From positions 1 through 37,485 of IMG/VR virus record IMGVR_UViG_3300017912_004110: a stretch of 37,485 bases of DNA. The stretch is one strand, 5' to 3'. The stretch is from a virus. Lineage: Duplodnaviria > Caudoviricetes. Positions 7,849 through 16,817 of this stretch are shown piece after piece. Within the stretch, counting starts at the first letter, position 1, and each line of letters begins with the position of its first letter. The notes under the pieces are model-generated. The model saw only the letters and a program-made list of their open reading frames with translations. It was not told where the DNA came from and did no database searches. Made by a program: the position numbers and the translations under genes.

Positions 7849-10800
7849 TTAATTAAACAAACCACCTGTCCATGTATCCATAATACCAAACCCCTTACTA
7901 TCAGTATTTTTATCTTCTTCAGGAAAGAAATCAAAATAACTAGCTTCATTTTTAAGCTCATCATCGTCATCTTCATCTTTCAAAAAATACGGATCCTCAG
8001 TAGAGCCCAAATAATCTTCAAACTGAAGCATAGTAGCAAAAGGATCGTTGCCGCCTATTTCGGGATCAAACTTTTTAAAATCTAAATCTCCTTGCATTGC
8101 TTTACCCAAGAAATCAAGATCGACTAAATCTTCTTTAGTTGCGTCCGGAAAAAATTCTTGCATAAATTCTTCCTCTGTTCCGCCATAGCCTTGGTTTCTA
8201 TAAATTGAAAATAATATATTTGTAGTTGGTTTATCAATATCTTCAATATTCAATAAAGCATTTCTTGCTTGATCATAATCAAAATCTTCATCAATATCAT
8301 ATTTGTCAAGTAGTTCTCTCCATTCTTGTGAACCTACTTCTATATCCCCTGGATTACCCAAAATAGCAACAGGATCTCTTTGAATATAATCAACACCTAA
8401 GTTTTTTTGATTGATTTTTTGTTTTGTTTCATTTAAATGTTTAATGCCTTCTCTAATAACCAAAGCTTCTCCGGTTTCAAATGCTTCTTCAATATACTTT
8501 TGAACTTCTTCAAGTGAACTTTCAACATCATCCAATCCTATTTTTTCAAGAACTTTTTGCCACTCTTCTTTATTTTCTATTGGATCAATGCCTTCTAACA
8601 TAGCCATGGCAAACTCTTTTGGCGTAACAAATTGCATAAAGGCAGCATCTTTTAATGAGATTTTTTCTTGTTCAACCAAAGGAAGCAATGTATTTGTCAA
8701 CCAATCATTAACAGTATTCCCATCTACAACATCAGCTGCACCTTCAAAAGCATTTTTTAAACCTTTAACTTGAAAATGCAGCTTGGCAAATTGCTCTTCA
8801 TCATTAATATCTAAACCATACATATAAGCAAGCTGTCCCCAAGAATATGTTTCGTCAGCTTTTGTGTTTGGATTTTGTTTTGCTTTTGCCCAATCTCCTT
8901 GGACAATGCCTTTTTGATTTTCATATCTTTGCACAATACTTGCAGGAGCTACATACTCCTTGTTTACACCTTGCAAACCATCCAGTCTTGTTGTTGGATC
9001 CATGTAAAATTTGTAATCAAATGCAGCTGTAGATCCTGTACTCTTAGATAGTTCTGTAAAATAAGCTTTAGCTCTAACCTCTGCTAATTGTTTCAATGCA
9101 TTCATTGCAGTTTGTGTTTGAAATATATTTTGTTGATTCTCATCTTGCACATCTAAATAACTAATAAACTCAGACATAGATTTAGATTTATTAAACCTAG
9201 GGCTAATATAGTCATCGATAAAATCTTGTACAAATAGTTTATTTTCATCTGTTGTTAAATCATATTCAATTGGATTTCCTTCACTATCAACTCTTTTTCC
9301 TTCAATTGTTTTCATGTTTTCATATTCTTTAATTGTTTCATCTAACCATTTTTGCCAATTATACTCAGCAACATGATTGGTAATTCCTGTTATTTTTTCA
9401 AAATCTCCTTCTAAGCTTTCTTGCATTTGCTTTGTATTTTTACCCATTAAGTTTAAGTATCCTCCAATTCCAGAGTCTCCTAAAATACTATTTGCAAGTT
9501 CTTTATTTGCCCCATAGATTTCACTAAATCCAGGTAAGGATTTAAATAGATTAATATTTTTTGTTTTGCTTTCTTCTTCATTTAATTGATTTACCGATTT
9601 AAGAAGTATATCTTGTGCCAAAGTTGAAAATTTATCTTGCTGTTCCAAGTCTTTTTCTCCAAAAATACCGCCAACTGTATTTTCTAACAAACTTGCTGTT
9701 TCATCGCTATTTGGATCTAAAATATCTTCGCCCCATTCAACAACCCTTCCGTATTCATCTGTACCTGTTAAACCCAACATTTTGTCACGTATTATATTCA
9801 TCTCTTCATCAGTAACTGTATTCCTATACGCTTCAGCTTCTTCAGGCACATCAGCTTCTTGTCCTCTAAATCCACTGGCTTTTCCTTGAGTTGAATAATG
9901 GTAATGTGCATAATTGTCTAAAGTTCCATAACGAGCTGTGATATCTAAATCATTATCAGGATCATATGGGCTATCTGCATTTCCAAGCTTAGTTGCATCT
10001 TGCCAAGATTTGTTTAATCCTGTTGTATCTCCATATTCTTTAAGATAATAATCTGATTTAAACATTCCTAAGGGATCTCTTAATCCACCATCAACATCTG
10101 GATTCCAAATACCTGGAATGCGCTCTTTAATGTAATAAGTTCCGTAATTATTTTTTAAATTCTGTCTTGTTTGATTTGCTTGATCTTGTGTCATCCATCC
10201 TTTCTTGACAAACTCATCCAACTTACTCGTTACAGTATCAAAAATTTGTTGCCTATTTTCCTTGTAATATCCTGTCTGAGTATTTTTTGCCCATTTAATA
10301 GTGTCATCAGACCATTTATTAAAAGAAGTGGCCATATCATATGCATCATCTGCAATTTCATTAGCTTCTATAGCTGCATTCTTTCTTTTTTCATCGGCAC
10401 CTTCATTAAAGGTATTGACGCTATCTTGTCTTGCTTTTAATTGACCTTCATTATATCCATCTGCCAGTTTTGTTCTAGCAGTAAGCATTTGTCCATTATA
10501 CTCATCTGCTGCTTTATCTCTCCCTGGAGCTGCTTCATCTCTGTTATAGGCTGTAGCAGCATTGTCTCTGCTGGTCTGTTGTGCACCGTTATAAGTATCT
10601 CTATCACGGTTTCTTAGTACATCTTGTGCATCGTTAAATGTTTTTACAGCTGCAGCTCTATCTTTATCTGCTTGTTTATTCCAAGCTATAGCAGCTTGTT
10701 CTCTATTTCCTAAAATAATTTGATTTTGATTATAAGCTTTAGTTTCTCTGTTACCATAAGCTAGCTCATTCTGATCAACCGCTGCATTATTCCTGTTGGG

Positions 10801-12510
10801 ACCGGCTACGTATTCATTATGCCAAGCAGCAGCGCTTTCTCTATTAGTTTGTTGTGCGCCATTCCAGTCATTTACAGCTTTGTTAATTGCAGGAGTTACT
10901 ACGTCATTGTTATGTGTATTTGCGTCTCTCTCACGGTTACCATCTTGGCCTTCATTATAAACTATTGCAGCGTTTTCTCTTAAAGTTATTTGATTCCCAT
11001 TGTAGACGTCAGCCGCATTTTGTCGTTCAGTTTTCATACTATCGTTATGAGTTTTGGCATCTCTTTTTCGAAGACCTAGCATATCGCCGTTATAATTGTC
11101 TGCTTTTGTTTGTCTATCTTCAGCTGCCTGTGTATTATGAGTGTCTCTTGCTGTTTTTCTATTTTCTTTTGCTTGTTTATTATGAGCTTTCGCCCATATA
11201 TCTCTAGTTGTATTTCCTGAGCTATTCCACTGTCCCATATATGTTTCTGCGTCTTTAAGTATTGCTTTATTAGCTTTATCTGCCGCATTGGTTCTATTTG
11301 TTGCATTATCAATATTTGTTTGGTGATTAGCTGCATACGTATCTCTTATATTTTGAATAGCTCGCAGTGGTTTTGTATTCCGAGCCAAACCATTTGCATC
11401 AGCAAATGCATTAAGCGTTTTAGTAAGACCTCCTAGCTGATGGGTAATAACCATTTTAAATGCTTTTGTTCTGCCATCGCCAGCACCAACTGATTGTTTT
11501 GTGGTTCCAATTTTTCCATTAAATCTTTTATCTTTTTTTACATATCCAACATATATAGTTCCTTGTGTTTTTAGATTTGTTGGATATTGAGCAGCATAGT
11601 CATTGGCTGTTTTAAGAGTAAATTGTTTAACTCTGTTATTGCTCCTTTTTCCTGGAGCTAGTGGCATATATCCATTAGTCCAGTTTTTAAAATTTGGATG
11701 ACCTTTAATAAAATTACCTACATGATCAGCTACAGGCCAATCGCTATAAAAATCACTACCAAGTTTATCTGGATACGTATTATAAAAATCAGATGCTTTT
11801 ACATATGGATGTACGCTTGCATAATCGTCTGCAGTTTTATACGGATGATCATTTGCAAAGTCATTGTGATCTTTAAAGGGATAGTCGTCTACATACCAGG
11901 CTGCCGTTGCATTCTGAGGATAATCATCGGCATATGAATCTGCTGTTCTATGCGGATAAGTTGCTGCATAGTAATTAGCATCTCTATATGTATACTTATC
12001 TGCAGTGCCTTCATAATCAGCCGCAGTTCTATTAGGATAATCTTTAAAAAAATTATCAGCTGTTAAATTTGGATGTGTAGTTAAATAATCATCTGCAACT
12101 GCATAAGGATAATCATTTGCATAGTCATCTGGAACTTTTAGTGCATATTCTCCTGTTGTAAAATCATCTGCTATTTTTTTAGGATGTGCATTTACAATAC
12201 TTTCTGCATTAATAGTTGTATGTGGATATCTTTCTGCAAAAGCTGATGACTCAACAAATGGAAATTGACTTGCATAAAAATCATCTGTTCTATCTGGAAT
12301 TATTCCATAAAAATCATTTGCAGTTTTATCTGGAAAATCAGTAATATAAAAACTTTCATCTCTATATGGGTAAGTACCTGCATAATCATCTTCTGTTAAA
12401 TAAGGAAAAATGGTTGCATAGTCATTTGCTGTATAAGGATTATTGCCACTATGTCTAAAATTAGTATCTACGTTTAATCCTTCCCATTGCCCATTTACAT
12501 ATGTAGCCAT
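7849..12510 (-). CDS. Large (1553 aa) repeat-containing protein, probably a virion protein
   Basis: Uninterrupted ORF with two repeat arrays in the N-terminal half and an acidic, largely helical C-terminal half. No catalytic motif recognised. Confidence 0.8.
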   Translation of the reverse strand: MATYVNGQWEGLNVDTNFRHSGNNPYTANDYATIFPYLTEDDYAGTYPYRDESFYITDFPDKTANDFYGIIPDRTDDFYASQFPFVESSAFAERYPHTTINAESIVNAHPKKIADDFTTGEYALKVPDDYANDYPYAVADDYLTTHPNLTADNFFKDYPNRTAADYEGTADKYTYRDANYYAATYPHRTADSYADDYPQNATAAWYVDDYPFKDHNDFANDHPYKTADDYASVHPYVKASDFYNTYPDKLGSDFYSDWPVADHVGNFIKGHPNFKNWTNGYMPLAPGKRSNNRVKQFTLKTANDYAAQYPTNLKTQGTIYVGYVKKDKRFNGKIGTTKQSVGAGDGRTKAFKMVITHQLGGLTKTLNAFADANGLARNTKPLRAIQNIRDTYAANHQTNIDNATNRTNAADKANKAILKDAETYMGQWNSSGNTTRDIWAKAHNKQAKENRKTARDTHNTQAAEDRQTKADNYNGDMLGLRKRDAKTHNDSMKTERQNAADVYNGNQITLRENAAIVYNEGQDGNRERDANTHNNDVVTPAINKAVNDWNGAQQTNRESAAAWHNEYVAGPNRNNAAVDQNELAYGNRETKAYNQNQIILGNREQAAIAWNKQADKDRAAAVKTFNDAQDVLRNRDRDTYNGAQQTSRDNAATAYNRDEAAPGRDKAADEYNGQMLTARTKLADGYNEGQLKARQDSVNTFNEGADEKRKNAAIEANEIADDAYDMATSFNKWSDDTIKWAKNTQTGYYKENRQQIFDTVTSKLDEFVKKGWMTQDQANQTRQNLKNNYGTYYIKERIPGIWNPDVDGGLRDPLGMFKSDYYLKEYGDTTGLNKSWQDATKLGNADSPYDPDNDLDITARYGTLDNYAHYHYSTQGKASGFRGQEADVPEEAEAYRNTVTDEEMNIIRDKMLGLTGTDEYGRVVEWGEDILDPNSDETASLLENTVGGIFGEKDLEQQDKFSTLAQDILLKSVNQLNEEESKTKNINLFKSLPGFSEIYGANKELANSILGDSGIGGYLNLMGKNTKQMQESLEGDFEKITGITNHVAEYNWQKWLDETIKEYENMKTIEGKRVDSEGNPIEYDLTTDENKLFVQDFIDDYISPRFNKSKSMSEFISYLDVQDENQQNIFQTQTAMNALKQLAEVRAKAYFTELSKSTGSTAAFDYKFYMDPTTRLDGLQGVNKEYVAPASIVQRYENQKGIVQGDWAKAKQNPNTKADETYSWGQLAYMYGLDINDEEQFAKLHFQVKGLKNAFEGAADVVDGNTVNDWLTNTLLPLVEQEKISLKDAAFMQFVTPKEFAMAMLEGIDPIENKEEWQKVLEKIGLDDVESSLEEVQKYIEEAFETGEALVIREGIKHLNETKQKINQKNLGVDYIQRDPVAILGNPGDIEVGSQEWRELLDKYDIDEDFDYDQARNALLNIEDIDKPTTNILFSIYRNQGYGGTEEEFMQEFFPDATKEDLVDLDFLGKAMQGDLDFKKFDPEIGGNDPFATMLQFEDYLGSTEDPYFLKDEDDDDELKNEASYFDFFPEEDKNTDSKGFGIMDTWTGGLFN
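10345..11298 (-). repeat. 21 degenerate 15-aa helical repeats (consensus about nRxxAAxxyNxxqxx), aa 405-722 of the 1553-aa protein
   Basis: Examples: ERQNAADVYNGNQIT / LRENAAIVYNEGQDG / NREQAAIAWNKQADK / GRDKAADEYNGQMLT. The span of 318 aa equals 21 x 15 plus three 1-aa insertions. Confidence 0.85.
11698..12438 (-). repeat. About 20 degenerate 12-aa repeats (consensus about PyxTAddYaxxY), aa 25-271 of the 1553-aa protein
   Basis: Examples: PYLTEDDYAGTY / PHRTADSYADDY / PYKTADDYASVH / PNLTADNFFKDY. Confidence 0.85.
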
Positions 12511-12873
12511 TTATGCACAACCTAATTTACAAGAATAATTGTCTGCTATAAATTCTATTTTATCTCCTTTTGTCCACTCAATAATTTTTTCTAGCCTTTT
12601 TTCGCAAAATTTTTCATGTTTTCGATACCATTCTTCCATATTTAAAGATGCCTTATTGTTATTGCAGGGCTGACAAGCTGGAATTAAATTATACCAATTA
12701 CTACAACCTGATTTATAACGTGGAACAATATGATCTAAAGAAGTTGCCTTTGCACCACAATAAGCACATTCGTGATTCCAGGCTTCATAAATACTTTGTC
12801 TAAATCTTTTTTTAGCTAATCGTGGCGTTAGTTCAATGAGGAGAGCGAGGGGTTCCGTCTCGGTCCTGAACAT
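12511..12873 (-). CDS. HNH endonuclease
   Basis: CAYCG...SLDHIVPR.KSG...NLIPACQPCNNNK. Likely start is ATG 12873 (MFRTETEPL) rather than 12948. Confidence 0.9.
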   Translation of the reverse strand: MFRTETEPLALLIELTPRLAKKRFRQSIYEAWNHECAYCGAKATSLDHIVPRYKSGCSNWYNLIPACQPCNNNKASLNMEEWYRKHEKFCEKRLEKIIEWTKGDKIEFIADNYSCKLGCA

Positions 12874-12976
12874 AACTATTCGATTCAGCTGTCTATAGTC
12901 TAATTTGTGTACGCTTTCAACTCTTTGAAATAAAAATACACAATTCACAAAAAAGCTTAAGGTTACATAAAACTAC

Positions 12977-13004
12977 TTGACATTTTTTTGTGGAAACCTA
13001 AATT
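12977..13004 (+). promoter_or_regulatory. Sigma70-type promoter for the excisionase-like gene
   Basis: TTGACA (12977-12982), a 16-nt spacer, then TAAATT (12999-13004), 25 nt upstream of ATG 13030. Confidence 0.6.
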
Positions 13005-13029
13005 TTTAATTGTAAGCCTTCCAAAACCA

Positions 13030-13275
13030 ATGGCTTCTAACTACTGGCTACCAGTTCACAAGGCAGAAAAAGAACTTGGAGTACCTCGTTCTGAGCTGCA
13101 TAAAATGCGCGACAGCGGCCCAGCAAAGCTAGGGCACCACTTCGGAGCTGGTCCAATGACACGTTCCCGCGACAGTTATTACTGGCATATTCCCAGGATG
13201 AAGCGGCTGCTTACTGCTATGCAGGAGCAAGCAACTTCCGAGACTTCTTTGTCGAGTCAAATGAGTGCTGCTTAA
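13030..13275 (+). CDS. Excisionase-like HTH protein
   Basis: From ATG 13030: WLPVHKAEKELGVPRSELHKMRDSG..KLGHHF...YYWHI, an Xis-like winged-HTH pattern. Confidence 0.6.
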   Translation: MASNYWLPVHKAEKELGVPRSELHKMRDSGPAKLGHHFGAGPMTRSRDSYYWHIPRMKRLLTAMQEQATSETSLSSQMSAA

Positions 13276-13654
13276 GGGGAGTATAGTACACCTTACGCAC
13301 CTTGTGGGCCAAGAGAAGACCTTCAATCGTCAAGTTAAATACAGAGTGCTTCTGTGCTTTGTTAATGCGTTTAACAAGGGAGTTCCAGCAGCCTTTTAAT
13401 TTAGAAGGCTGCTTTTCTTTTAGTTGAAAAATAAACACCCATTGTGGATGCAATGGACGAACAGCTTTTTTTCTGTTTTCAATGTTAATAGAATTATCTT
13501 CATTCCATGTAAAATTTTTTAACTCATCTGGTGTTTTACCATATGTAGCAATCATTGCTAGAAGCCAACCAACTTCAGTCCATTCTGGCTGAGCTGTCAC
13601 TGAAAAAATTTCATCAACGATGATGGCATCGCTGGGTAAACGCATGTGAAGCAT
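13217..13654 (-). CDS. Truncated, catalytically degenerate tyrosine-recombinase-like protein
   Basis: RLPSD, W...MIATYGKTPDEL, RPLHPQWV..FQL and LLLAHKVR correspond in order to cyanobacterial integrase motifs RxLPSD, MLATYGLRPHE, PLxPEWV and LRHAYAIR, with the catalytic R and H replaced. Confidence 0.55.
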   Translation of the reverse strand: MLHMRLPSDAIIVDEIFSVTAQPEWTEVGWLLAMIATYGKTPDELKNFTWNEDNSINIENRKKAVRPLHPQWVFIFQLKEKQPSKLKGCWNSLVKRINKAQKHSVFNLTIEGLLLAHKVRKVYYTPLKQHSFDSTKKSRKLLAPA

Positions 13655-13768
13655 GATAAAAACCAATTGGTAGTTGAACTATAGACACTGGTCACACTGT
13701 TTAACGTCACTTTAATGCTGGCATCAGCAAATCTTATCTAACTGATGTTAGAACAATTATAACCCTTA

Positions 13769-15412
13769 TTAGAAGTTTTCCGTAAGTCCCTCGCTACTTG
13801 GTAGTTCGCCAGAAGCTGGAATATACTCTGTACCATTTTTGTCGACCATAGTAAAGTTTTGAAATAAAACAAATTGTGAAGGAAAGTTAAATAACTTTTG
13901 TGTCATTGATACCATGGCTGGAGATTGAATATTAAAGGGAGGTACATCCATATGACTCATTCCATAGTAAGTAAAATTTTCAAAAGCTTTTTCTTGATCC
14001 TTTTGTGTTTTTTCAATTAAATCTGTTTCCCATTTTGTTAAATCTTCATATAAAGCAAAAGGATAATCAGATGGTTCAATAGGAAGTTCTCCTTGCATAT
14101 ATCGTAATGCTTGAATGTGTTTGCAAAAACGATATTCATTTAATACAAATGTCCAATCATCATTGATTTCATAAGGAGTTTCTCCTGACTGTTTATAGTC
14201 TCTATAGGTAGGCATACCTTCTGAAACACCGCTTGTAAAATCTTTATTATCTCCAAATCCACGTGTATAAATATTACCAAAATCTGCAAAAATAGCTGGA
14301 AAATCTCTATACAAATTAACAGGTAAACGAATATCTTTTTCTACTTGACCGGAAGTAACTTCTTGCAAGTTATAGCCACTAGGTGCTACTAACTCAAATA
14401 AGTTATTATCTACAAAATATTCTGTCCAGCGAATTTGAGCTGCTTGTGTTAATTCATCAAAACGTTTTAATTGCTCATAACGTCCTGGTGTAGTTGCCCC
14501 TGCTGCCGTAACTGGAAAGTTACGTCCTTTCCTACGCCCAAGGTTAGAAATGTAAGCATAATCACGCCTAGTAAAATCCTGACAAGTACAGCAAAATCTT
14601 TTACCTGTTTGTAAAAACCTTCCTGAGTGTGGTGGGATTCGTGAGGGAGTGACCAATACTCCATCGATTGTGCTTTGGACAGATCCACGTTTTTCAAATT
14701 GTAAAATACCTTTGTTTTCATCAATGCCTGTCAGCACTGCTTGAACAAAGCCGTAACGTATATTAGTTGCTGGATTTCTAGTTTCGCTGTCAATTGCACT
14801 ACCAGAAACTGTAACAATTTTATCTTCTAAGATATCTCCTACAATAGGCTTTGCAGCATCTCCACCAGAAAATGTAACCAATAAAGGCGAAGGTACTTGT
14901 TGTCCGCTTATTGTGCTAAAAGTTCCTGATAACTGAATGTACCAATAGTTTTGATTGTCTTGAAGAACACCTGAAAATAAAGTTTGTGGATGCGCTTCTC
15001 CTGAGATTGCTAATTTAACTCCTGAAACATCAACAAGATTATCAAAACGCAAATTACCAGCAGCAATAATTCCTGTCCAATGCATTCCCAATTCTCTATT
15101 AGGTGTTGGAAAACCTTTAAACGTACCTGACACAACTGGTGATCGACCACCAATTTCATCTATTGCGCCAGAGGTAGTTGGTATGTTGTATTTAAAATCA
15201 TACGTATAAGCTGCATGTGCAATATCAGAAGTTGCTAACTCCCATCCACGTCTCCATCGTAACCAAGCTGACTGTTGATCATATGAAAATAACGAGCCAA
15301 CTACAGCTCCACCAAACTCAGATTCAATTTTTGGAACGCTATAGTTACTACCTTTATCAAATTTGAATCGATCAAAATTTGATCCTTTACTAAAGCTTCC
15401 AAATGTCATCAA
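13769..15412 (-). CDS. Hypothetical protein with a split SWIM-like zinc-binding motif
   Basis: 547 aa; FCCTCQDF (C274-C277) and FCKHIQAL (C430, H432). Confidence 0.7.
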   Translation of the reverse strand: MMTFGSFSKGSNFDRFKFDKGSNYSVPKIESEFGGAVVGSLFSYDQQSAWLRWRRGWELATSDIAHAAYTYDFKYNIPTTSGAIDEIGGRSPVVSGTFKGFPTPNRELGMHWTGIIAAGNLRFDNLVDVSGVKLAISGEAHPQTLFSGVLQDNQNYWYIQLSGTFSTISGQQVPSPLLVTFSGGDAAKPIVGDILEDKIVTVSGSAIDSETRNPATNIRYGFVQAVLTGIDENKGILQFEKRGSVQSTIDGVLVTPSRIPPHSGRFLQTGKRFCCTCQDFTRRDYAYISNLGRRKGRNFPVTAAGATTPGRYEQLKRFDELTQAAQIRWTEYFVDNNLFELVAPSGYNLQEVTSGQVEKDIRLPVNLYRDFPAIFADFGNIYTRGFGDNKDFTSGVSEGMPTYRDYKQSGETPYEINDDWTFVLNEYRFCKHIQALRYMQGELPIEPSDYPFALYEDLTKWETDLIEKTQKDQEKAFENFTYYGMSHMDVPPFNIQSPAMVSMTQKLFNFPSQFVLFQNFTMVDKNGTEYIPASGELPSSEGLTENF

Positions 15413-16203
15413 TAAAAACCACCTTGCGCAATTGCATGTGCACCCGGTGTATATCCAGACGTTGTATTATAAACACCAAATTGAAGAACTCCTAAGTACA
15501 AACGATCACCTCGTTGTAAGACAATACCGCGACTTTTCAAAGAAGCTTTATCTTCTAATCCATTAATGTTTCCTGTATTAGGAACAGGTGTCAATAATTC
15601 AGGCAAAGAATCTGAACAATCCATTGATGCTTCATTTGCACCTAAAGTCTTAGAAAAGATAACTTTATAATCACCATTTGCTGGAATTGGTACAGTTGTT
15701 CCGCGAGTGTGATAACAAACAAATGTAACAGCAGGTAAAGTTGCTTGTGCAACAGAAGTAAAACTAAATCCTGATGCACTAGGTGTAGCAATTCCGCTAT
15801 AAACCAATTCAGTATTTAAACCTTCAATTGGAGCTGTTCCTGTATAAGTATAGTAGCCAACTCCACTTTCTGCTGGTGCATTAGTAATTCCTGTTTCTGC
15901 AATATGTACAATTTGACCATTAACTAAACTAATATACTGACCACTTGTTGTTGAATTAATTACATAATCCTCTGCTTGTTCAACACTAAAATTATCACGC
16001 ACAATTGTAATGCTATCTACAATTCCACCACTATTGTTATCACTTGTTAAAGTTGCGTCCATATCAACAAGCAATGCTGGGTTTTGACCACCCAGTACAT
16101 TTAGGTTGCTTGGTCCACCTACAACTTGATTTGTAAGCCGCACCGCATTAACCAAAGGACGATCAACAAAAACTGGTTGCTTATTTGTATTAGTAGTTGT
16201 CAT
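15409..16203 (-). CDS. Putative virion structural protein (beta-rich)
   Basis: 264 aa, T/S/G/V-rich, in the structural operon and ATGA-coupled to the next gene. Confidence 0.55.
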   Translation of the reverse strand: MTTTNTNKQPVFVDRPLVNAVRLTNQVVGGPSNLNVLGGQNPALLVDMDATLTSDNNSGGIVDSITIVRDNFSVEQAEDYVINSTTSGQYISLVNGQIVHIAETGITNAPAESGVGYYTYTGTAPIEGLNTELVYSGIATPSASGFSFTSVAQATLPAVTFVCYHTRGTTVPIPANGDYKVIFSKTLGANEASMDCSDSLPELLTPVPNTGNINGLEDKASLKSRGIVLQRGDRLYLGVLQFGVYNTTSGYTPGAHAIAQGGFY

Positions 16204-16226
16204 GGTTTACTCCTGATTGTTTTATT

Positions 16227-16817
16227 TTAATACAAGTCTTTGCCAGGATAGACGTAAGGCTTTTTAAGTTCCAACAATTTTGCTTGTAAAATTGGATTTC
16301 TTACTACGCCAATATCAGGCGTAGTATTTAGTTGATCCATTAAATACATTTGTAATAAATCTCTTGCAGCATCTTTATTACTTTTTGGCTGACTACTGGG
16401 CTCAGGCTCAGAAGTATCAGGATCACTACTATATTGTCTATTTTGTGGATCAGGAATTGCATCTGTATTAACTCCTGGTTTAATATCGTCGCCTATTTTA
16501 AAAGAATTTACTGATTTTTGAATACGTTCATCCAAAGCTTGTGTTGGGCCTAAGGCTTCTGGAAACGTTTCTTTTAGTAATTGATCGGGCCAAACAGATT
16601 TATTTGCATAGATTGGATCTCTAGCTTCTAAATCTTTTCTTAAACGATCAACAGGAGCAAGAGGATTTTCAACTTTATTTGTAAAAGGAGTGCCCTGGCC
16701 AAAAGCAGAAGGTTCAAAAAATAAATCTTCTTGACTAATACCTTCTTTTTTTAATCTTTCCACCATTTGTGGAGTCATTAAACTGTTAATTAAGTTTTGC
16801 TGAATAGGTGTAGTCAT
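16227..16817 (-). CDS. Hypothetical protein
   Basis: 196-aa ORF, ATGA-coupled to the upstream gene. Confidence 0.7.
   Translation of the reverse strand: MTTPIQQNLINSLMTPQMVERLKKEGISQEDLFFEPSAFGQGTPFTNKVENPLAPVDRLRKDLEARDPIYANKSVWPDQLLKETFPEALGPTQALDERIQKSVNSFKIGDDIKPGVNTDAIPDPQNRQYSSDPDTSEPEPSSQPKSNKDAARDLLQMYLMDQLNTTPDIGVVRNPILQAKLLELKKPYVYPGKDLY

Noticed and set aside
10345-12438. The repeat arrays as CRISPR or DGR template/variable repeats
   Set aside because: The repeats are conserved only at protein level within one ORF. There are no identical DNA repeats with spacers, no adenine-specific divergent pair and no reverse transcriptase in the window.
7849-12510. The 1553-aa ORF as a tape-measure protein or RNA polymerase
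   Set aside because: It lacks the Ala/Gly-rich amphipathic pattern and upstream tail-chaperone context of tape measures, and no polymerase catalytic motif (e.g. DxDGD) was found.
12511-12873. HNH gene as part of an intron or insertion element
   Set aside because: It is free-standing between intact genes, and no interrupted host gene or terminal repeats are visible.
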